Assembly: GCA_021827255.1 (NCBI GenBank)
Contig: JAKAWO010000001.1
Span: 1 to 53,468 of the forward strand
Reading direction: 5' to 3'
DNA length: 53,468 nt
Source: Acidobacteriota bacterium
GTDB taxonomy: Bacteria; Acidobacteriota; Terriglobia; UBA7540
Below the pieces are notes generated by a model, which was given only the letters and a program-made list of their open reading frames with translations, did no database searches and had not been told where the DNA came from. The position numbers and the translations under genes are program-made. Positions 1 to 7,993 of this stretch are shown one piece after another (positions within the stretch are counted from its first letter, which is position 1; each line of letters starts with the position of its first letter).

Positions 1-548
1 ACCGCGCGGGGGTCGGCCTACGGCGAATGAGCGCAAAGTGCTGGAAGGGATTTTGTGGATGCTGCGCCGCGGGGCTCGGTGGCAGGATTTGCCCGAGGAG
101 TTTCCGTCACCGGCGACCTGCTGGCGGCGGCTGCGGTGTGCCTTGGGGAGACCGACTTGACTCGGCTTCCCCGTCGGAAGTCCGGCTGGCGGAAGAAACG
201 CAGCCGACGATCCGCGTCGGGCGGCCCCGCCGTGGTGGACGACCGCGACAGAAGCCCGCGCGGGTGATTGCCGACAAGGGCTACGACCGCGACGCGTGGC
301 GCGAACGGTTGCGGCGGCGCGCAATCGCCTTGATTGCTCCGCACCGCTCGAACCGTTACCGGACGGCACCGCAAGATGGGCGCGTGCTGCGGCGTTACAA
401 GAAGCGCGGGATCGTCGAACGCAGCATCGCGTGGCTGGGCAACTTTCGCCGACTCGTCGCGCGCTAGGATCGCTCCCTGACCATTTACCAGGGCTTCTTT
501 CATATCGCCTGCCTCCGGTTCGTCTTGCGGAGGGGTTTGAAATGAGTT
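1..548 (+). pseudogene. IS5-family (DUF4096 N-terminus / DDE_Tnp_1 C-terminus) transposase remnant. It is cut by the window edge, frameshifted, internally deleted and carries an in-frame stop.
   Basis: The frame starting at nt 2 reads PRGGRPTANERKVLEGILWMLRRGARWQDLPEEFPSPATCWRRLR, the typical N-terminal block of IS5/IS4-like transposases, and stops at 158-160. A different frame (ORF 27..467) carries RGGRPRQKPARVIADKGYDRDAWRERLRRRAIALIAPHR...GIVERSIAWLGNFRRLVAR, the C-terminal DDE block. A TAG at 465-467 sits where family members continue RY(E/D)R; the same frame reads on (DRSLTIYQGFFHIACLRFVLRRGLK) to TGA at 543-545. The catalytic middle part is missing. CTAG at 549-552 resembles the YTAR target of IS5-group elements. 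Confidence 0.7.
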
Positions 549-590
549 CTAGGGTAAGGCTTGGCCGGGCGGCGCTTCGGAGCGCCCGGT

Positions 591-1067
591 TTAATCTCCT
601 TGCGGGCTTGGAGAAATACCCGTCAGCGATGTTGTCGAGGGCGCGGGGTCCAGCCAAGAATCAACCGAACCGTGCGGCCGTTGCTGCAACGCGAGGCTTG
701 CCTCCATGATCTGGCCGCTTCGCTTGAGCTCCTCACGTAATTCGCCCAGTTGGTTCTCGATCCGGCTGACGCGTCGGTGCAGCTTGAAAAGGGCGAGCGG
801 AGTGCTGACCAGAAGTTGGAGGAAGAGCAGTGCAACCAGCACTCCCGCGCCCAGCAGCACGTCCGCCGCGTAGCCCGCGAACCGAGGGGTCGCCGAGCGA
901 AGCAGCCCGTTGACCGCGCTGAGCTTAGCTTGAGTGCTGTGGACTCGCTGCTCCAATCGCCCAACAACTTGCCGAGTAAAGTACGGCCCATGGTTCGCCA
1001 GCAGCCAAGCCGCCGCAATCATCAGCATGAGCAGCAGAACTTCCTTGCCCGGAAGCGACTTACGCAT
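591..1067 (-). CDS. Hypothetical membrane protein with a coiled-coil segment
   Basis: ORF 591..1112. The internal start MRKSLPGKEVLLLMLMIAAAWLL at 1067 is preceded by GGAAAGGTGG. It has two hydrophobic segments and a heptad-like stretch, RVSRIENQLGELREELKRS. I recognise no family. Confidence 0.4.
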   Translation of the reverse strand: MRKSLPGKEVLLLMLMIAAAWLLANHGPYFTRQVVGRLEQRVHSTQAKLSAVNGLLRSATPRFAGYAADVLLGAGVLVALLFLQLLVSTPLALFKLHRRVSRIENQLGELREELKRSGQIMEASLALQQRPHGSVDSWLDPAPSTTSLTGISPSPQGD

Positions 1068-1468
1068 CACGCCACCTTTCCTCTCCGTCCCCGCTTTCAC
1101 CAAACCATGCACTTCCCCTCCAACTCCGCAAATTTGGTTAGATGCGCCCTAGCCAAGGGATAGGTTGCTGGCCCGCCGATTTTCGCTTTGGGACTCTGCT
1201 CCACTCCACCGCGCGGCAGCACAGGGAGCATCCGGACACGGGCCGCCGGCCTCCTAAAAATTTCTTATCGTGCGCGTTCATAACTTTTGTGCAACTGCCG
1301 AACCTTGCCGGGCATCCAACGGAGTGTTTGAGTGAGGATTAGCCTTGGGCTCCATGCGGCTCATCGCGACCGCTTAAGCTTGCCCTGTGGAGCGCGCTGG
1401 GAAGCGCCGCTGAGCTTCGCTGCTCCGAAGCGCTGAAGGCGCCAAAATCTGTTCGATGAGGAGGAAAC

Positions 1469-1882
1469 ATGTCTGCCAAAGCCATGCTCGCCGTGCGTGA
1501 TCCCGCCTGCGCCGAGCGCCTTTCTCGCATCCTATCGAGCTCTGGGGTTGAAACCCGATCGTGCTCGACGGTCAGCGAGGCCATTCGGGCTCTTGCGACT
1601 GACCCTTTGGACATCGTTTTCTGTCAGGGGCGCCTGCCCGACGGCACCTTCCGGGAGGTGTTGCGATTTGCTGATTCACACGGCGGGGTTCCTTTGGTTG
1701 TTTGCACGGACTTCTACGACAAGAAGGGCTACCTCGAGAGCATGTCGCTCGGGGCTTTCGATTATATCGCTTATCCGTTCTCGAGCGGCGATGTGGGATG
1801 GATCGTCTCGAACGCGCTGCGCAAAGCCTCCCACGTTCCTCGGCGTGAGGCGCTTCGCCATCATCAGCCCACCGCTCTTTAA
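1469..1882 (+). CDS. Stand-alone CheY-like receiver domain protein, atypical (phospho-acceptor Asp and conserved Lys replaced)
   Basis: The receiver fold pattern is present: MLAVRD..., DIVFCQGRLPDGTFREVL, VPLVVCTD, GAFDYIAYPF. Hand alignment to CheY puts Gln at the D57 position (VFCQ versus VISD) and Tyr at the K109 position (IAYPF versus VVKPF). Confidence 0.7.
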   Translation: MSAKAMLAVRDPACAERLSRILSSSGVETRSCSTVSEAIRALATDPLDIVFCQGRLPDGTFREVLRFADSHGGVPLVVCTDFYDKKGYLESMSLGAFDYIAYPFSSGDVGWIVSNALRKASHVPRREALRHHQPTAL

Positions 1883-2011
1883 AAACATCTCCCACCCCCG
1901 CGGGGGGCGCTTGGGGCGCCGTACCGTCTTAAAGATGTCAGGCGGCTCGCAAACTCAAAGGCGCGCTGCTCTTCTTGAGGGGAGCTGCCGGCAAAGCGCG
2001 CCGCAAGGCCG

Positions 2012-4594
2012 CTAGCGCACGGTGAAATTCTCCTGAAGAGGCACGTGCTCATCCGAATCGCCGACGTACACGACAAATCTCCCTGGATCCACCTTCCAGC
2101 CTTCCGACTTCACGTCCCAATAAGCCAGCGAACGGCGATTCAACGTAACTGACACGTGCTTGGTCTGACCCACCTGGAGGAAGACGCGCTCAAAGCCCTT
2201 CAGCTCTTTCACCGGGCGCGGGACGGTTGCGGACGGATCGCCGACGTAAACCTGCGCCACTTCCGCGCCCGCCCTCTCTCCAGTGTTCTTAACGTCAAAG
2301 CTGACGGTGATGGGGCCGTTGGGCGAAGCCACTTGGGGTGTCACGCTGAGGTGGCCAAAGCTGAACGTGGTGTAGGAAAGGCCGTAGCCAAACGGAAACA
2401 GCGGCGCTGGCTGCCCATTCCTGCCGTAGGCGCGATAACCCAGAAAGATTCCCTCTCGGTATCGGACATTAACCGTTCCAGGTTCCTCGTAATAGTTCTT
2501 GTAGGCGGGATCGTCTTGCACCCGCTTCCACCAGGTCATGGGCAGTTTGCCGGAGGGATCGACACGGCCGAACAGGACTCGCGCCAACGCGCGCCCCGCT
2601 TCGGACCCTCCGTACCACGTCTCCAGGAAAGCCGGCACCCGGTCGACCCACGAACTGGTGTCCACGCTGCCGCCGGAGGTCAACAAAACGATGGTGTGAG
2701 GATTCGCGGCGGCGACCGCGCGGATCAAGTCAGTCTGGCCGGGCGGGAGCTTGAACGTCCGGTCGTGCCCTTCCCCTTCCGTGCGCGGATCGTACCCGAC
2801 GGAAACGATGGCTACGTCCGCCATGGCGGCCAGTTTCCGGACGTTCGGCTCCAGCATCCCGTTGGCTGGAATCACGCCGAAACTGGCCCGGATTCGGTTG
2901 GTCTGGGGCAGATAATCCAGCCGCACCGCCGCGGGCTGGCGGGCGGGCAGATCCACCACGGTGGATTCCGGATCCTGAGCCTGGCCGGGTCCCGCCTCGA
3001 GCACGTCTTGGTTATTCACAAAGAGGTGGAAAGAATCCAGCCCCGCTGCGGCAACGATAAAACGCTGCCGGCCGGAAACTTTCGGGGTGTAGTAGCCTAT
3101 CCATCGAACCGCCAACTTCTTACGCGAAGGCGGCGCGAACACGAATCGGTCCCAGTGGTTCAGGTTGGCCACAACGCTCACCCGATCCGGCTTGCCCGTG
3201 AAGGAGCCGCTGTCAAATTCTTCTTGTGTCAAACCGGGACGCTGGCCCTGCTTATCCGTGGTGAAGCTGCTCTGGACCCGCCGAAAGAAGAACCGATGTC
3301 CGCTCGGTCCGAAGACGTCGTCCAAACTCTTCAAGCCGCTGTTCCAATACACTTTGACGCTTGGGCCCAGCCATTGCGCCAGACCTTGCAAATCGCTGAC
3401 TGGCGCGATGGCGGTGACGTGAGCGCTGCCCCCGGCCGAGGCCACCGCCGGATAGGCATCCGGCCCAATCAACGCGATCGAGTGGATTTTCTGCCGGTTG
3501 AGCGGCAGCAAAGGGCCTTGATTTTTCAGCAGGACCATGCTCTCTCCGGCCGATTGGAGCGCCACCGCCAGGGAATGCAGGTTGTAGAGCGGAAGATGAA
3601 GGTCCGTCTGGTCGTGGTTGATGAATCCAAACTCCACCGCCACGCGCAAGATGCGCCGCACCTTATCGTCAAGGGTCTTCTTGGAAATTTGACCCGACTG
3701 GATCGCCGGCAAAAGTGTCGCCGCATTCATGTAGCGAGGAGACGGCATCTCCAAGTCCAGGCCGGCCTTGGCATCCGCGATGCCGTCGTGCGCGGCGCCC
3801 CAGTCCGACATCAGGATGCCGCTAAAACCCCACTCTTTCTTCAGCACGTCGGTATCGAGAAATGTGTTCGCGGTGCAGTATTTGCCGTTCACCCGGTTGT
3901 AAGCGTCCATGACGGCGCCCACGCGCGCCTGCTTGACCGCCGCTTCAAAAACCGGCAGATAGATTTCGCGCAAGGCGCGCTGGCCGACAATCGCATTTTC
4001 ATGCATGCGGTCGTACTCCGCGTCATTCACCGCGTAGTGCTTGATGGTGGCGACCACGTCCTCGCTCTGGACGCCTTTGATGTACCCGACGGCAATCTGC
4101 GAAGCGAGATACGGGTCTTCGCCGAAATACTCAAAGTTGCGGCCGTTCATCGGCGCTCGGTACATATCCACGCCAGGTCCGAGCAGGATATTGACGCCTC
4201 GCGCCCGCGCGTCTTGCCCCAGCGCCACGCCTACTTTATGCGCCAGCGCCGGGTCCCACGACGCCGCGAGACCGATCCCGCCCGCATAGGCGATACTCGG
4301 ACCCCACACGCGAACGCCCACCGGCCCGTCGGACATCTTCAGGCGTGGCAAACCAATCTGCGGCATGGCGTGCGTGAACATGCTGTCCACGCCGCCGATG
4401 AGCTTGATCTTCTGATTGAGCGTCAGCTTGGCCAGCATCGCATTCACTTGCTGGTTGACCTCAGCGGGCGTGAGCTTGGAGGGATACCCGAATCCTCCGC
4501 CTGACGCCGGCAGAGCGGCCAATATCGTTGTGGCGATCACTGCAAAAACACTTAGATACGCAAGGCCGTGGCCTCTTTGAACCTTTTTCCCCAT
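2012..4594 (-). CDS. Secreted glycoside hydrolase family 3 beta-glucosidase with an inserted PA14-like domain and a C-terminal Fn3-like domain
   Basis: 860-aa ORF. It has an N-terminal signal-like segment, GH3 N-domain motifs (KMSDGPVGVR, GFSGILMSDWGA with the nucleophile Asp) and a GH3 C-domain. A PA14-like insertion is present (AVRWIGYYTPKVSGRQRFIVAAAGLDSFHLFVNNQDV), plus a C-terminal beta-sandwich (TVSFDVKNTGERAGAEVAQVYV). Confidence 0.9.
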   Translation of the reverse strand: MGKKVQRGHGLAYLSVFAVIATTILAALPASGGGFGYPSKLTPAEVNQQVNAMLAKLTLNQKIKLIGGVDSMFTHAMPQIGLPRLKMSDGPVGVRVWGPSIAYAGGIGLAASWDPALAHKVGVALGQDARARGVNILLGPGVDMYRAPMNGRNFEYFGEDPYLASQIAVGYIKGVQSEDVVATIKHYAVNDAEYDRMHENAIVGQRALREIYLPVFEAAVKQARVGAVMDAYNRVNGKYCTANTFLDTDVLKKEWGFSGILMSDWGAAHDGIADAKAGLDLEMPSPRYMNAATLLPAIQSGQISKKTLDDKVRRILRVAVEFGFINHDQTDLHLPLYNLHSLAVALQSAGESMVLLKNQGPLLPLNRQKIHSIALIGPDAYPAVASAGGSAHVTAIAPVSDLQGLAQWLGPSVKVYWNSGLKSLDDVFGPSGHRFFFRRVQSSFTTDKQGQRPGLTQEEFDSGSFTGKPDRVSVVANLNHWDRFVFAPPSRKKLAVRWIGYYTPKVSGRQRFIVAAAGLDSFHLFVNNQDVLEAGPGQAQDPESTVVDLPARQPAAVRLDYLPQTNRIRASFGVIPANGMLEPNVRKLAAMADVAIVSVGYDPRTEGEGHDRTFKLPPGQTDLIRAVAAANPHTIVLLTSGGSVDTSSWVDRVPAFLETWYGGSEAGRALARVLFGRVDPSGKLPMTWWKRVQDDPAYKNYYEEPGTVNVRYREGIFLGYRAYGRNGQPAPLFPFGYGLSYTTFSFGHLSVTPQVASPNGPITVSFDVKNTGERAGAEVAQVYVGDPSATVPRPVKELKGFERVFLQVGQTKHVSVTLNRRSLAYWDVKSEGWKVDPGRFVVYVGDSDEHVPLQENFTVR

Positions 4595-4793
4595 GTCTGC
4601 CTCCCAACGAACCGCGCATTATACATCCATTGGTCACCGAGGAAAGTGATGAAGGTTGCTGCGTCAGCCCCTCGCTGGCCATTATCAGTCCCTATGGGCA
4701 GCGAATCCCGAACCACGACGAACAAGCCCTGGGCCAGCGTGCACACTCAATCCCCTCCCTTGCAGGCCCAATCGCGGAGAGCCGCCCAAGGCG

Positions 4794-5765
4794 TCATTGC
4801 GACCAATCGGTCGGGGTACGATCCCAGCGGTGCCGGTGGAGCTCGGCCAGAAGTGAAGCGGGCAGTGGGCCCGCGTGGCTGGCCGCCACGTTCATTTCTA
4901 CATGGCGAGCCTTCCGCATCCCCGGGATGATCGTGCTGACGGCGGGATGGCCCAAGATGAACCGCAGGGCCATCTCTGGCAAAGTTAGGCCGGCAGGTAC
5001 AACCGGTTTCAGGCGCTCCACGCGCTCGACAGTGGCTTTGAGGTTTCCCGGCACAAAGTACGTAGCGCGCCAGTCGCCCTCCGGCCATCGGGACTGGAGC
5101 GTGAGGTGACCCGTCAGGCTGCCCTCATCGAAAGGAACGCGGGCAATCACGGCCACGTCGCGCTCTCGACAGGTAGGGAATAACTCGTCTTCCGCGGTCT
5201 GGTCGAAAATGTTGTAGATCACTTGCACCGCGTCCACCAGGCCCGAGCGAACCGTTTCGACTCCGTTCCACGACTCCCAGCGGTTTACACTGATGCCGAT
5301 GGCGCGGACCAGCCCCCGCCGACGCAGGCCGTCGAGCGTCCGGCACCAGCGGTCATCCTTCAGCCACTGGTCTTCCCAAACGTGAAGCTGCATCAGGTCA
5401 AAGCTGTCGAGCCCAGCGTTTTTCAAGCTGCTCTCAACGTATTTTTCAATGTGGTCCGGCGGAAAGCAGTCGTCGAGCGTGTACTCGCGGCGGCTGGGCC
5501 ATCGCAGATTTTTGGGTGGAACCTTGGTGGCCGTATAAAGCCGTTTGGATGGGTTAGCGCGGACCAGCGCGCCCAGCATTTTTTCACTTTTTCCGTCGCC
5601 GTATGCCCAGGCGGTATCAAAGAAATTACAGCCCAAGTCAACGGCGCGCTGAAGCGCTTCCATGGATTCTTGGTCGTTCGAGTCCTTCCAGCCGGCCATG
5701 CCCCACATCCCGTAGCCCACCTCACTCACCTGCCAGGCTGTCCGACCAAATCTCCGATACTTCAT
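4794..5765 (-). CDS. Aldo/keto reductase family oxidoreductase
   Basis: MKYRRFGRTAWQVSEVGYGMWG..., FFDTAWAYGDGKSE and later blocks match the AKR pattern. The ATG at 5765 lies 9 nt downstream of GGGAGG. The track's TTG at 5783 lies just upstream of that Shine-Dalgarno-like GGGAGG, which starts at 5780. Confidence 0.85.
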   Translation of the reverse strand: MKYRRFGRTAWQVSEVGYGMWGMAGWKDSNDQESMEALQRAVDLGCNFFDTAWAYGDGKSEKMLGALVRANPSKRLYTATKVPPKNLRWPSRREYTLDDCFPPDHIEKYVESSLKNAGLDSFDLMQLHVWEDQWLKDDRWCRTLDGLRRRGLVRAIGISVNRWESWNGVETVRSGLVDAVQVIYNIFDQTAEDELFPTCRERDVAVIARVPFDEGSLTGHLTLQSRWPEGDWRATYFVPGNLKATVERVERLKPVVPAGLTLPEMALRFILGHPAVSTIIPGMRKARHVEMNVAASHAGPLPASLLAELHRHRWDRTPTDWSQ

Positions 5766-6037
5766 TCCTGCCAACCTCCCCAAAACGTGTCGGTGCCCTA
5801 ACGCTCGACGCTCATCGTCGGGCGTGTCCGAAATGTTTCCCGAGCGTCACCGCAAAGGCTCCTCGACGACCAGCCAGCGAAGCCGTTATGGTAATGCTCA
5901 GGCCGTACGATTGCAACCGAGGGCGGCGAACCTTTCGGGCGGCACGGGATCACCTCCCCTCTTCCAATTTATCCTTCATTCCTCAACAATGGGGCGTCCA
6001 TCGGGCCGGGCCCGACCCGGTCCGGACAGAGCCACCG

Positions 6038-7600
6038 ATGCGCCTTCGCACCGCCGCGCTAGCGCTCCCGGGAACGTTTGCCGCGCTGCTCCTGTTGCAC
6101 GCGCCGCTGTTGCGGCTTCCCTACTTCTGGGACGAAGCCGGATACTACGTTCCGGCGGCCTTCGATTTCTACCGTCAAGGCTTGCTCATTCCCGTCAGCA
6201 CGCTTCCTAACGGCCACTCGCCGCTCATCTTCGTCTATCTTGGGCTCGCATGGCGCTGGTTCGGGTTTTCCCCGCTTGTCACGCGCTCCGCGATGGTTCT
6301 TATGGCGGCAGGAACGCTGCTGACTCTCTTTGCGCTGGGGCAGCGCGTCGCTCGCCGCGAGGTTGTGGTCTGGGCTTCTTTACTGCTGGCTCTTTCGCCG
6401 CTCTTTTTCGCGCAGAGCTCCCTCGCTCAACTGGATCTTCCCGCAGCCCTCTTCACCACCCTCGCCGTCCTTGAGCTCCTTGAGAGGCGGTGGGGCGGTT
6501 TTGCCCTGGCGGCCTCACTGGCCGTGATGACCAAGGAAACGGCAGTGATCCTGCTGGTCGCCGCGGGGCTCTTCGCCTGGCGTGAGCGCAAGGATCTCAA
6601 GGGGCAGGATTGGCTGTGGCTGATCACTCCGATGGCGCCGCTCCTTATCTGGGCGGCCTACTACCATTATCATACCGGTTTTTGGACAGGGAACGGCCAG
6701 TATCTCACCTACAACCTCTACTCCACGCTCAAGCCCTTCCACATTCTCGCCAGTCTGTTGCGCCGGCTCTATGAGGTTTTCATCGGCGCCTTCGATTGGC
6801 TGCTCTGGCTTGGCGCCGGGGCGGGAATCGTGTGGCAACGCCGGCGCGCCGGAAGCTCGGCGACGGCACCCTCGCGGGCGCCGGGGGCGGCGCCTTCGGA
6901 AGTAAGGCTAGTCAGTTCGCCGTTGGCGCATGACCGAGGGGGCCGTGAGCAAGACTTCTTCTTTTTGGCGACTGCTTTCACCGCCGTTTCTGTGCTTTTC
7001 CACAGCGCGGTCGGGGGCGCGGTTTTGCCGCGATATCTTCTCCCGGCTTTCCCCCTCGTATATCTTGCCGCCGCGATGCTGCTCGACCGGCTGCCGCGGG
7101 TTGCCGCGCGCAGCCTCATGGCCGTCGTCGCTGGCTTGTTTGTCGCCGCATGGTTCATCAATCCACCCTATCCTTTCCCCTACGAGGACAATCTCGCCTA
7201 CTCGAATTTCGTCCACCTGCACCAGAAGGCCGCCTGTTTCCTGGCCCATGAGCCTGGCCGACCGCGCATTCTGACCGCTTGGCCGGCCACCGATGAACTC
7301 ACGCGGCCTTTCCTCGGTTACGTCGCGAGGCCCCTGCACGTGGTTCGGCTGAACGGGTTTTCGCCTCGTGACTTCCAGCACGTTTCTGCGGATTCGTTCG
7401 ACATCCTCTACCTTTACTCGCGCCAGTGGAATCCCCAGGGCAACTGGCTGGCGCATGCGCCACTGCTTCGCGATGCCGTCGAGCGTTTCTTTGAGTATGT
7501 GCCATCTGTCCCCAGGCGAGAACTCGTCACCGCGTATCATCTCAGGCCTCTCGCCGTGTTTCATGACGGCGGACAATGGGTGGAGCTTTACTCGAAATGA
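6038..7600 (+). CDS. Polytopic GT-C fold glycosyltransferase (GT39 / ArnT-PMT-like)
   Basis: From MRLRTAALALPGTFAALLLLHAPLLRLPYFWDEAGYYVPAAFDF onward there are about 10 or more hydrophobic segments and a C-terminal soluble part. The early acidic loop (WDEAGYY) is typical of ArnT/PMT-type enzymes. The upstream part of ORF 5603..7600 overlaps the AKR gene and looks non-coding. Confidence 0.6.
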   Translation: MRLRTAALALPGTFAALLLLHAPLLRLPYFWDEAGYYVPAAFDFYRQGLLIPVSTLPNGHSPLIFVYLGLAWRWFGFSPLVTRSAMVLMAAGTLLTLFALGQRVARREVVVWASLLLALSPLFFAQSSLAQLDLPAALFTTLAVLELLERRWGGFALAASLAVMTKETAVILLVAAGLFAWRERKDLKGQDWLWLITPMAPLLIWAAYYHYHTGFWTGNGQYLTYNLYSTLKPFHILASLLRRLYEVFIGAFDWLLWLGAGAGIVWQRRRAGSSATAPSRAPGAAPSEVRLVSSPLAHDRGGREQDFFFLATAFTAVSVLFHSAVGGAVLPRYLLPAFPLVYLAAAMLLDRLPRVAARSLMAVVAGLFVAAWFINPPYPFPYEDNLAYSNFVHLHQKAACFLAHEPGRPRILTAWPATDELTRPFLGYVARPLHVVRLNGFSPRDFQHVSADSFDILYLYSRQWNPQGNWLAHAPLLRDAVERFFEYVPSVPRRELVTAYHLRPLAVFHDGGQWVELYSK

Positions 7601-7655
7601 CGCGATCTCCGGGAGCCTTCGGCGGGCTCTCCGCCGCGCGGCGCAGGATTCGTGC

Positions 7656-7685
7656 TTGACAGACAGCCTGCCACAAGGCTAGGTT
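7656..7685 (+). promoter_or_regulatory. Candidate sigma-70-type promoter (TTGACA-N18-TAGGTT) for the TolC/ABC exporter leader
   Basis: TTGACA at 7656-7661 and TAGGTT at 7680-7685, with an 18-nt spacer. The -10 is weak and the site was found by eye only. Confidence 0.3.
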
Positions 7686-7689
7686 TTAA

Positions 7690-7993
7690 CTATCTGGTTA
7701 GTTAGTAGGGCGGATTTGCAAGGAGGAACGACCTCTCGGCCGGATGGACGCCCGACACGAGCCTGGGGCGCTGTCGGCCGTAATCGAGTCGTTGCCAGTC
7801 CTCCCTAGGGGTGCTACTCTGAGATGAATCCTGCGTCATGACGGGCGCCCGAAGGCTGTTACAGGGAGCAGAATCCGTGCCGGTGCTCCCAGGCCGATAT
7901 TCCCACCCGGCACTCGTTGGATTGACCTTTCTTGAAACCGGGCGTCCAACCATTTCGTAGATATCTGTAACACGCGAGAAGAAAGATTTAGGG
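7690..7993 (+). promoter_or_regulatory. Long, highly structured 5' leader or unclassified cis-regulatory RNA candidate upstream of the TolC gene
   Basis: About 300 nt with no convincing ORF. There is a nested long-range helix: GGAGGA-ACGAC (7722-7732) pairs with GTCGT (7788-7792) and TCCTCC (7799-7804). Inner helices include CGCCC/GGGCG at 7749-7753/7766-7770. The hairpin GGGAGCA/TGCTCCC (7864-7870/7884-7890) has a loop, GTGCCGG (7877-7883), that is complementary to CCGGCAC (7907-7913), giving an H-type pseudoknot or alternative pairing. Confidence 0.3.

Noticed and set aside
2156-4504. 782-aa ORF on the plus strand
   Set aside because: It is the antisense shadow of the GH3 gene. The translation is Arg/Gly/Ala/Pro-rich low-complexity sequence with no motifs, which is typical of high-GC DNA.
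5603-6037. N-terminal 145-codon extension of the glycosyltransferase ORF
   Set aside because: It overlaps the aldo/keto reductase gene on the other strand and is Pro/Arg/Ser-rich. The membrane protein pattern begins only at Met 6038.
7843-7915. Possible cobalamin riboswitch core (AGGGAGCAGAATCCGTGCCGGTGCTCCC resembles AGGGAA..GGTG..AATCC..GC.G.CCCGC)
   Set aside because: The GGTG element, the CCCGCCACTGT segment and a B12 box are missing or out of order. The downstream genes are not cobalamin-related. It is kept only as an unclassified structured leader.
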